Of a stretch of 64,000 nucleotides of DNA, positions 52,001 through 59,400 are shown in pieces. Each line of letters opens with the position of its first letter. Position 1 is the stretch's first letter. The notes under the pieces were generated by a model. That model saw only the letters and a list, made by a program, of their open reading frames with translations, did not search any database and was not told where the DNA came from. The DNA lies in NCBI GenBank assembly GCA_044352465.1, contig JBILDU010000001.1, positions 84,211 through 148,210 on the forward strand, given 5' to 3'. A program made the position numbers and the translations under genes. Source of the DNA: Bdellovibrionota bacterium. GTDB lineage: Bacteria; Bdellovibrionota_C; UBA2361.

Positions 52001-53013
52001 CCTCTCGGTTGCAGATACCGAAGTATCAGCGAAGTTTTAACTATGGAACCGGAGATATTCGGCGGTTTATTCCGATCGGCTCGCCTTTTAAAGGTGCTCC
52101 CGCTGCGTGGATCACTGAGCGGGCCTACTCACCATCTCAAAGAACTTTTTGGAATACTATTCTAAGCCAGTACGGTGGCTCTTCGGCAGCCGCTCAGTGG
52201 CTCAAAGATAACAATTTGGTAGATCGGAGGTCGAGTTTTCCGCTCTATCCGACCTGCCATGCCGATCTTGTGCCGGGCAGTCGGATCCAATCTCTTCTTG
52301 AGGAGGAAAACCGGTATCCAGAGGGCCGCTATAGCGTGAGTTGGTCGCCGATCGTTGGACAAGCTATGCGTCATCACGCGATCGAGTTGTCTCGACTAGG
52401 GATGTCCGCGTTTGTTGTTGAACGGTGCGATCCATTCTGTGTCCAGCCATGGGAAGTTGCGTGGCAGCAGCTCATGACGTCGATCTATGGAACTCCGGAT
52501 ATCAGCGAAAGTTGGTATCCCAACGGTACCCATGACGATATGGTCGTGCCGGGCTTTTCCCAACGCAATGCTGGGATCGGCAGCCGGCTTGTACGGACAT
52601 ATGAGTATGGGGATTACGAAGACCAAGGTGGCAGGCGGATCATCGTCGATGAATGGGATACGATCTTCCCCCAGGTTAGTGCGGATTCAGAGTGGATCAC
52701 CGGCTCGCGCGAGTACCCAAATTCCGGGCTCGGTACTACCGTTGTGGAGCTACCCCATAGTCGGTCCCGTGTCATGCAACTACGGCTGTTAAGCGATCTT
52801 CAACAGATACTTGGTCTTGAGAGCATGTTCTCTTCGGATCTCCTCGAGGCCCAAAACGGTGGGCGGTTCACCCCGAATGGGTGGGACTATCGCGAGAGTT
52901 CCCTCTTGAGGATGGTTCTCGAAACGCTCCGTGGCGCCGAGGGATTACCGACCAACGTCGCGGACTCATCTGCTGGCCCAGCCGGCATGAGTCGTAATTC
53001 ACTAGGACGGTAA
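49087..53013 (+). CDS. giant secreted protein with a Pro/Thr linker and a lipase class-2 (Lipase_2/PGAP1-like) alpha/beta-hydrolase domain
   Basis: 1308 aa. Signal peptide ...FAVFFGLFFSGAVEA. PTPTPTPSPTPT linker (residues ~155-200). Lipase_2-type motifs PVVLVHGMNGDG and VDVVAHSMGGQLVRTYV (GxSxG), then candidate Asp/His in CHADLVPGS and GTHDDMVVPG. A possible alternative TTG start lies near 49165. Confidence 0.7.
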   Translation: MEWCMFGNAFGSQSSPVNLHGIELSFLKGAWCSSFAVFFGLFFSGAVEASPPISGTPTAPSCSSAGFDLARRYCCCKPRHIGFAVAENLLAEGVFSEATTLAPPRGVSKPIAFLCRNANPWESPTAPLNPATSASSLNAAGALCRCDPATANRYCDGPTPTPTPSPTPTRTPTPTPTSTPTPTPTPIVTLSPSPEPEVTVTPPPVVTIDPGNDQSPNCEISGRVPTPLPRPALRLTERRLRAWSDVGNRSDIESSAEPERSAVEEWGAWGGPGRVVMVGRYDSNYNGLPDFLDGIEGIESLDRIRQQNGIPRSSTSRHFVMIEVEIEGGAPAAYYVPDRMAPGGERIESPSLRIDYSGSPLLPDPIGCPFFRGLQAAWGSSGVTWGGYDERVASTLADCGLSSGGWRVWTKNGQYLRDARSVPAGGDYVPSGIEIPLHNLDTSGNRVRFYVEATPLGELARDFDITLRYGRVISGDTLPRESVSHERVSLLPVDLIYQDARTHGPIWVSPEDGSRDPEGEVRLALDRTFAPRLPALSPSWSAIDADSGAFLVQGALTDGASLISIALQERLEGRYQGGGNPLRRYATWADDNGNQHCYTPFEDNVFLGIRRKGGPLQGEEQPANLPNVYGGFHPPIGPHGELNLLPRMPMPSDSATAEEWGYSTRINLGSGIRPQRYPVLNAIGGYYLPPNNFISGLAPGDNDSRYGGGSIVLERSVNQPEEVAPMEVVLYRRVGSRVVVLEVQPFYLRRPPVVLVHGMNGDGRDYWPWDLWAERNPTHLDGLPTRIYRADYSFSAGLGYTENFTAVPKAIQQALVEYRWAYDNTFVPPPDATGPVEPPFDPPAVMPHPSFGFYGDSHRVYAWHRPERAFKGINYAATRVDVVAHSMGGQLVRTYVSNLGDNTGMTGVTRAHPDTRRKPRGAVDFSMPAALIPGTGVPGIPARFQNLRLQIPPRIDRSGDSWTFWYAADLEASRLQIPKYQRSFNYGTGDIRRFIPIGSPFKGAPAAWITERAYSPSQRTFWNTILSQYGGSSAAAQWLKDNNLVDRRSSFPLYPTCHADLVPGSRIQSLLEEENRYPEGRYSVSWSPIVGQAMRHHAIELSRLGMSAFVVERCDPFCVQPWEVAWQQLMTSIYGTPDISESWYPNGTHDDMVVPGFSQRNAGIGSRLVRTYEYGDYEDQGGRRIIVDEWDTIFPQVSADSEWITGSREYPNSGLGTTVVELPHSRSRVMQLRLLSDLQQILGLESMFSSDLLEAQNGGRFTPNGWDYRESSLLRMVLETLRGAEGLPTNVADSSAGPAGMSRNSLGR

Positions 53014-53028
53014 TAAGCGAGGGGTTGT

Positions 53029-54528
53029 ATGAGGAACGACACTGTTACGAAAGCAGCTTTATTCGCCGCGGGCGGTACGACCTTGGCCTCGTTGGGATTC
53101 GGTGCGTTTCATGAACGGAGCGTCCATGGCCCAGACTTCACCGCGAATCATGAGGCCTATCCGAGGAGCGTAACAACGCACGGTGAGCCGATAGCTCGCT
53201 CCCGTACCTCGCCCGGCGCCTTGGGACTCACGATGGCGGGGGTTGCGGGTATCGAGCGACTCTACGGCGACCGGTCGGAGTTGGCTCAGGAGCTCATCGC
53301 GACGACAACCCTGCAGGGTAAGATCGGTGCGACGTTGGCGCGGCTGAAACGGGCCTACAGCGAGGGAATAGAGCGAGGGGACCGTACCGGTGTCATTGAG
53401 GAGACGCAACGACTGGAGCGATTAGTTTCGACCCTCGACCGGACCGTGCTTGCGATACCACTCGACCCCAGTGGTGATAGAGCAAAGACGGTGGGAAGTG
53501 CGTTACAAGGGGTAGTCGTGCCATCTCCGTCAACGCCGAACTGGCACGATCTGATAGTGAGCTGTGAGAAGATCGAAGCGCGGCTACTCCCCCATGGGAG
53601 TCCCGATGTGGGGCTCTCTATCGATAGCACACTGTCGAATCTGAGAGATCAGCTCGGGATGTTAACACGCCCAGACTATTTACCGAGTGATAACAAAACT
53701 GCGCCGAGTAGTATGAGTATGTATGCTGCGGTACGGCTCGGGAACTCGGTGCCCGGTATCTCGACCGTACGATGGCTTATCTTGCCCCATGCGACGGTGG
53801 CGCAAGAGCTGCAGGGGCTCATGCGCCAACTGGGTGCTGATCGCGAGCTCCTGGTGAGATGGTCTAAAGATAGTAGCCAATTTGCATCGATGTGGGGGGA
53901 GCTATCCCCGATCGGGCGAGAGTATGTGTCTGTTCAATCGCTCGCGCTCGCTGACGGAACCAAAGCGCCGACTCGCGTCACCGTGGTCTCACCCGACGAG
54001 CGGTATCTGCTTGAGGCAGGCAAGGAATACGCCCGCACTCGGGAGGACTTATTTCGAGCCTATCGAGAACTTATGAACCCGGCCGATGGAGGATTCGCCG
54101 ATAATGAATTCGATGTACAGCACGTCGTTGAGCGGGCGTCGAAGCTGCGGGATGACTTCGTCCGGTCTCTCCCGAAGACCTCAACCCGATACCTCGAACA
54201 GTTATCGATGGCCATCACCGCTCAAGATCGCGAGGCGTGTCTGACCGGAGCGAATACGTTAATGACTGAGACATTCCCCGAGGGGCCGATGGTGAGAGCT
54301 GAGATCGAATCAGCCCGTGAAACTCTCGCAGCGGTCATCACAGCGCTCGAAGGAGACACAGCGAAGGGAGCTCCTATCGCGATCGGACTGGCGAGCACCA
54401 TCACGTGGGCGAGGCAATGCCTCGATCCCGCCGCTGAGAATTCGTTTTCTGCGGTGAAGTCCGGCACAGTTGAGCGGAGTCTCGAACTCGCCCGAGATGC
54501 GACGATGCGGAGCTTCATTCGGCCGTGA
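53029..54528 (+). CDS. hypothetical helical protein encoded 16 nt downstream of the lipase-domain gene
   Basis: 499 aa. N-terminal hydrophobic anchor KAALFAAGGTTLASLGFGAF. The rest is predicted helical and Ala/Leu/Arg/Glu-rich. No motif recognised. Confidence 0.5.
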   Translation: MRNDTVTKAALFAAGGTTLASLGFGAFHERSVHGPDFTANHEAYPRSVTTHGEPIARSRTSPGALGLTMAGVAGIERLYGDRSELAQELIATTTLQGKIGATLARLKRAYSEGIERGDRTGVIEETQRLERLVSTLDRTVLAIPLDPSGDRAKTVGSALQGVVVPSPSTPNWHDLIVSCEKIEARLLPHGSPDVGLSIDSTLSNLRDQLGMLTRPDYLPSDNKTAPSSMSMYAAVRLGNSVPGISTVRWLILPHATVAQELQGLMRQLGADRELLVRWSKDSSQFASMWGELSPIGREYVSVQSLALADGTKAPTRVTVVSPDERYLLEAGKEYARTREDLFRAYRELMNPADGGFADNEFDVQHVVERASKLRDDFVRSLPKTSTRYLEQLSMAITAQDREACLTGANTLMTETFPEGPMVRAEIESARETLAAVITALEGDTAKGAPIAIGLASTITWARQCLDPAAENSFSAVKSGTVERSLELARDATMRSFIRP

Positions 54529-54633
54529 CTTCGGCGAGCTCAGTCTCACGGAGCTCGAAAGCAGAGATGCCGAAGAAGCGAGCACTCGGCCCCCCGGACC
54601 GATGTTGAGATAAAAAACTTTCCGCTCGAAGCA

Positions 54634-56727
54634 CTATCCCGGAAACTTAAAGACCGTCCAAAGGCTACTGTATCGATCGGTCCACAAGCGGGTACGCCGC
54701 TCGATCGGAGTCGTCGCAGGCGCGATTTCGGGATGATTGAGAAAACTTTGATTGCGGGTGATGATCACGGAATCGCTCGGGGATCTCAATTCAGATGGCA
54801 TGCCACCATCGGTAAGAAGCGCGCTGTGCAGTTCGGCTTTATGGGCAATCGTCGCGAGAACCGGTGCCAGGTCGATGTAGAAATTGGAGATGTGAAAAAC
54901 AAGCACTCCCTCCGGCTTCAATTTCGTGAGGTAGCTCCTTATCGCCTCATCGGTGAGAAGATGAGTTGGGATAGCGTCACCGCTAAAAGCATCAAGAAAA
55001 ATTACATCGAACGGTTCGCTGTCCCACCGTTCAAACTCGAGTCGCCCGTCCCCAATACTTACCGTCACCGTACCACGACTCTTTGAGAGAAAAGTGAACC
55101 GTTCTTGGGCGATCTGGTGGACGGTTGGATTCAATTCCACGAAATGATAGCGGTCGCCGGGGCGTGCGTAGGCGGCCACGGTGCCGATGCCGAGTCCGAC
55201 AACTCCGACTGAGATAGGTGCTCCCGAGAACGTGCGTAACACCCGCCCGATAGCACTTGTCGGGCCGTAGTAGGTGGTCGGGTCGAGCTCTTGTGATTCC
55301 TCGATTCGCTGAATGCCGTGGATGGTCGAGCCGTGACTGAATTCCCGATAGGCTGACGGTCCTTGCGTTCGTTCGGTGACTTTTAGAACTCCGTAAAAGT
55401 TGCGGGTGATGAGGTTTGATTGGCCCGGAGAGCCTTGTTGAGTCCGATCGAACGTGAGGAGACAGATCCCGAGGGCGAGGAGTACGAAAAGGGGGAGCGG
55501 CTTAACCGGTCCGGTGGATTGTTGCCGATCGAGGCTCCACCGATGAACCAGCAGTGGCGCTGCAATAGCCAAGATGAGCTCGAGGTTTTGCGAGAAGATC
55601 AGCGGGGCCCCGATGCCGACGAAAAGACCTCCCAGTGCCCCCCCGAGCGCGAGTTGACGGTAAAAACGGGGTAGGGCTTGTGGGGCGGGCCGCGAGCGGG
55701 CGAGCTCAGTGTGGCACACCAAGCAACCTAGCGTCATAGTGACGAGAAGGCTGAGCATCGAGAGCGCCGGTCGACCGAGATATGCGGCGCCGAGGTAGCT
55801 AAAAAGAGCGAGGATATAGAGCGGGAGGCACCATTTGAGGTAGTCGCTCCGGAGCGAACCGAACGCTACCGTGAAGGTCGCGAGGTAGAGGGCGAGGGGA
55901 AGCACCCACAAAAGGGGCACGGGGGCGATATCGGCCGAGAGGTGGTGAGTCGTCGAGAGGAGTAACATCACCCCGAATGCCGAGGTGGCTATCCAAAAAA
56001 GCTCGTCACCGCTCCGGACGCTCGGCTGTGCCACCTGAACCATTTGACGGACGGGCGCGGGTTCTTTTGAACGAAGAGCGGTGATGTAGATACCGATCGC
56101 ACCAAACGCCATGAGCCACAGCACGGATTGCCACAGCGACATCTGGATAGGCAGGTCAAAACGAGGTTCAATCAGAAAAGGGTAGGTAAGGAGTGCGAGG
56201 AACGAAGCACCGTTCGAGAGCGCATAGAGGTGGTAGGGGGTGCGATCCCGAAAGGTATGTAGCCAGTGCTGACAGAGCGAGCTTGTCATCGAAAGAGCGA
56301 TAAACGGTAATCCGACGGTGTGGCCGAGCAGAAAAAGAATGTGCACCGTGGGTTGAAGCGTTTGATCTGCGGTGCTTTGCAAGAGCGTGGTGAGCGGGGA
56401 GAAAAATCCCGCTGCGATGAGGAGCCCGCTGAAAACGATTATCTGATAGCGTGGGGAGATAGCGACGCTCAGTCGATCGACCGCAAGATAGCCAAGATAG
56501 AGAGCGCACTGAAAAAAGACGGCGCAGGTTACCCATACCGCCGCGGCTCCGCCAAATTTAGGCAGGAGCACCTTTGCAACCAGTGGCTGAATTTGGAAGA
56601 GGAGAAATGCTCCCAAGGTTACCTCGAGAGCGATGAGTAGGTAGAGGGGGTCTACAGCTGAGGGGCGGCTCGCCCGAGCGGGGTCAGCCGAAGTTTCGCG
56701 GGGTGCATCGGTCAAGGTACCTGACAT
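54634..56727 (-). CDS. polytopic membrane domain fused to a spermidine-synthase-like aminopropyltransferase domain
   Basis: 697 aa with about 12 TM helices. C-terminal motifs VGVVGLGIGTVAAY, FDVIFLDAFSGDAIPTHLLT and GVLVFHISN. Confidence 0.65.
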   Translation of the reverse strand: MSGTLTDAPRETSADPARASRPSAVDPLYLLIALEVTLGAFLLFQIQPLVAKVLLPKFGGAAAVWVTCAVFFQCALYLGYLAVDRLSVAISPRYQIIVFSGLLIAAGFFSPLTTLLQSTADQTLQPTVHILFLLGHTVGLPFIALSMTSSLCQHWLHTFRDRTPYHLYALSNGASFLALLTYPFLIEPRFDLPIQMSLWQSVLWLMAFGAIGIYITALRSKEPAPVRQMVQVAQPSVRSGDELFWIATSAFGVMLLLSTTHHLSADIAPVPLLWVLPLALYLATFTVAFGSLRSDYLKWCLPLYILALFSYLGAAYLGRPALSMLSLLVTMTLGCLVCHTELARSRPAPQALPRFYRQLALGGALGGLFVGIGAPLIFSQNLELILAIAAPLLVHRWSLDRQQSTGPVKPLPLFVLLALGICLLTFDRTQQGSPGQSNLITRNFYGVLKVTERTQGPSAYREFSHGSTIHGIQRIEESQELDPTTYYGPTSAIGRVLRTFSGAPISVGVVGLGIGTVAAYARPGDRYHFVELNPTVHQIAQERFTFLSKSRGTVTVSIGDGRLEFERWDSEPFDVIFLDAFSGDAIPTHLLTDEAIRSYLTKLKPEGVLVFHISNFYIDLAPVLATIAHKAELHSALLTDGGMPSELRSPSDSVIITRNQSFLNHPEIAPATTPIERRTRLWTDRYSSLWTVFKFPG

Positions 56728-56842
56728 AAGGAGATAAAAAAGAAGCGTAGACTCGTCGCGTGTCTATGTGACGGCATCTTTCGCGATCTCTCAGTCCTCG
56801 CTACGATTTCAGTCCGGCACGCCTGTTTAATGAGGATACAAT

Positions 56843-57910
56843 ATGCAGCCCGTCAGAGCTATCGGTAACGCAAGTCCGACCGCCGAATTGAAACCGATTG
56901 AGATTCCCCGGCGAGAGGTCGGTGAGCACGATGTAGAGATTGAGATCCTGTACTGTGGTATTTGTCACTCCGATCTTCATACCGCTCGAAACGAGTGGTC
57001 GATATGGCCAACGGTCTATCCCTGTGTCCCGGGGCATGAAATCATCGGACGGGTGAAGAGCGTCGGCCCGGGAGTCACTCGCCACACCGTTGGGGCGATG
57101 GTGGGAGTCGGGTGTATGGTCGATTCGTGTGGGGCCTGTGGAAGCTGCCAGGAGAGCCTCGAGCAGTACTGTGATACGGGCGGGACGATTTTCACCTACG
57201 GGACTCCTGATCCTCACGGAACAGCACCGGTTACTTACGGTGGGTACTCTGAAAAGATAGTAGTCAACGAAAAATTCGTCCTCAAAGTATCGGAAAAGTT
57301 GAATCCAGCGGCGGCCGCGCCGCTTCTCTGTGCTGGCATTACGCTGTATTCGCCCCTCCGTCATTGGAAAGCGGGACCGGGTAAAAAAGTGGGGATCGTA
57401 GGACTCGGTGGGCTTGGCCATATGGGGGTTAAATTCGCTCACGCCTTTGGGGCCGAGACGGTGCTTTTTACGACATCGCCCGGCAAAGTTGCGGATGGTA
57501 AACGTCTCGGCGCAGATACGGTTGTCATATCGAGCGATGCGGGAGCGATGGCGCAGCATACGCGCTCTTTTGATCTCATCGTCGATACCGTCTCCGCAGC
57601 CCACAACCTCGATCCGTATATCGGTCTTCTGAAGCGGGATGGCGCGCTCGTTTTGGTCGGAGCACCGGAGCATCCGCATCCCTCTCCGACGGTGTTTAAC
57701 CTCCTTCTGGCGCGGCGTTCGGTTGCAGGGTCAGGCATCGGTGGTATTCGTGAGACTCAGGAGATGCTCGATTTTTGCGCGGCCAAGGGAATCGCCTCGG
57801 ATATTGAGCTTATTGGTGCAGGAGAAATCAATCGGGCGTATGCGCGGATGTTGGAGGGCGACGTTAAGTACCGGTTTGTTCTCGATATGGAGTCGCTACG
57901 CGGAAGGTAG
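56843..57910 (+). CDS. zinc-dependent NAD(P) alcohol dehydrogenase (cinnamyl-ADH-like)
   Basis: Motifs GHEIIGRV, the structural Zn Cys cluster CGACGSCQ...C, and GLGGLGHMGVKFA. Confidence 0.8.
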   Translation: MQPVRAIGNASPTAELKPIEIPRREVGEHDVEIEILYCGICHSDLHTARNEWSIWPTVYPCVPGHEIIGRVKSVGPGVTRHTVGAMVGVGCMVDSCGACGSCQESLEQYCDTGGTIFTYGTPDPHGTAPVTYGGYSEKIVVNEKFVLKVSEKLNPAAAAPLLCAGITLYSPLRHWKAGPGKKVGIVGLGGLGHMGVKFAHAFGAETVLFTTSPGKVADGKRLGADTVVISSDAGAMAQHTRSFDLIVDTVSAAHNLDPYIGLLKRDGALVLVGAPEHPHPSPTVFNLLLARRSVAGSGIGGIRETQEMLDFCAAKGIASDIELIGAGEINRAYARMLEGDVKYRFVLDMESLRGR

Positions 57911-58108
57911 TTGGTAAGCGAGTCGCCATCGGTGCGACTCCTATGCCCTTCAAGAACGTCGGGAGTAGAGGGGCCGCGCGCGCCGTCTGGGGGGGCGAAG
58001 AGCCGTCTTTCAGATGGTCGCTCGGCCGAATTTCCCGTCATAGGGTGAATACCGATCGCCTCTCAGCTTTATCAAAGCTGCAAGGTGACTGGTCATAACA
58101 TCTTGCGC

Positions 58109-58576
58109 TTAGGAGACCCGGCGTCGCCGGATCTTCAGCAAAGAGCGCCCCTCTGGTGCGGCACTCTCTCCGTCGACGCGGAACGTTTCCCACCTTACCT
58201 GGCCGTCTTCGATGAGTTTTTTAAGCCGTTGTTGAGATTCGGAGAGACGTGCGCCCCCCGATTTCACCTCAATGAAAGTGATACCCTCCGCGGGATCGAA
58301 ATGAATGAAGTCGATCGGCTGACCGAGAAAAACGGTGCTCGTGCCGTCTTTCTTCACATCAACGGGAAAGTCCTCAAGTATCGGGGCTAGCGACTCGGCG
58401 ATCTTTCCGGTGCGAACCTCAGAGCTTTTTTTCTGCGAGAGAATCGCTGCAATACGGGCATCAAAGGAAAAGAGCCACCAGAACAAGGGCTTCGCGAGGA
58501 GGATCGCGACGATCGCCACGGTGATGAAGCTCGCGATGCGATGGGTGGAAACAAAATCGAGGATAGTCTGTCCCAT
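58109..58576 (-). CDS. membrane-anchored PD-(D/E)xK endonuclease-like protein (COG4741-like)
   Basis: 155 aa. N-terminal TM segment (IASFITVAIVAILLA). Motifs DFIHFD ... ITFIEVKSG ... QRLKKLIE fit the Hjc-like D...ExK arrangement. Confidence 0.45.
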   Translation of the reverse strand: MGQTILDFVSTHRIASFITVAIVAILLAKPLFWWLFSFDARIAAILSQKKSSEVRTGKIAESLAPILEDFPVDVKKDGTSTVFLGQPIDFIHFDPAEGITFIEVKSGGARLSESQQRLKKLIEDGQVRWETFRVDGESAAPEGRSLLKIRRRRVS

Positions 58577-58640
58577 CGAATCGCCGCGGCCCCTGCGTCC
58601 TCATCTCCTGCGCGCGCTCTATTTGTTTGAGCGCGGCCCC

Positions 58641-59159
58641 TTAGTGGTGGTGTCCCCCCGGTCCGTGAGCGTGCCCGTGCTCAAGCTCTTCCTTTGTCGC
58701 GGCACGAACGTCGATGACCTCGACATCAAAAGTGAGTGTTTTCCCGGCAAAGGGGTGATTCTGGTCGACGGTAACGGTGTCTTTGTTCACCTTCGTGATT
58801 CGCGCAACCGCGACCTCACCATCGGGCGCGGCGAATTGAAAGATCGCTCCGACTTTGAGTTCTTTTTTGTCCTTGAATTGGCTCTTTTGTAATTCCGCGA
58901 CAAGCTCTTCGTCGTAGTCGCCGTATCCGTGCTTGGGGGCGATGTCGACCGAAAATTTAGCTCCGATCTCTTTTCCCGAGAGAGCCTTTTCCAACCCGGA
59001 GATGATCTGATCATGGCCATGCAGGTACATGAGTGGCTCTTCGCCCCGCGATGACTCGACCTTTTTGCTCCCTTCTTTGACGGTGTAGTGGATCGAGACG
59101 ACCTTATTTTTGGCGACTTTGTCTTTCATGTCTTCCTTCATCGGATAGCCCGAGGTCAA
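58641..59159 (-). CDS. slyD: FKBP-type peptidyl-prolyl isomerase SlyD
   Basis: FKBP domain with an IF insertion and a His-rich C-terminal tail (HGHAHGPGGHHH). The likely start is an internal Met near 59129-59141. Confidence 0.8.
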   Translation of the reverse strand: MTSGYPMKEDMKDKVAKNKVVSIHYTVKEGSKKVESSRGEEPLMYLHGHDQIISGLEKALSGKEIGAKFSVDIAPKHGYGDYDEELVAELQKSQFKDKKELKVGAIFQFAAPDGEVAVARITKVNKDTVTVDQNHPFAGKTLTFDVEVIDVRAATKEELEHGHAHGPGGHHH

Positions 59160-59228
59160 GGATACCGGGTTATTTCATTTCCGCCAGTAGGGTGTTCGTC
59201 GAGCCGCTTTCTTCGTGCCTCGACGAGC

Positions 59229-59396
59229 CTACTCGCGGGAGGCCGTGTCGCGGGGGGATGAAGGCGTGGCCTTCTTTGAGCAGCCACATTTTTTGCCGCA
59301 GCCACGTGATGACATCGCGTGAATTCCGCCGAAAAGAAGCCAGGCGACCGCACCGAGACCAAGCATAACCAAGATGATGTTCTCTAAGGTTGGCAT
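59229..59396 (-). CDS. FeoB-associated Cys-rich small membrane protein (not in the supplied ORF track)
   Basis: My translation gives 55 aa (MPTLENIILVMLGLGAVAWLLFGGIHAMSSRGCGKKCGCSKKATPSSPRDTASRE): one TM helix followed by a CGxxCGC motif. The ATG lies 4 nt after the feoB stop. Confidence 0.55.
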   Translation of the reverse strand: MPTLENIILVMLGLGAVAWLLFGGIHAMSSRGCGKKCGCSKKATPSSPRDTASRE

Positions 59397-59400
59397 CACA

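Noticed and set aside
59156-59362. 68-aa ORF in the track between slyD and feoB
   Set aside because: A different frame of the same region encodes a much more plausible 55-aa FeoB-associated TM plus Cys-motif protein, 4 nt after feoB. The 68-aa translation is Arg/Pro-rich with no features.
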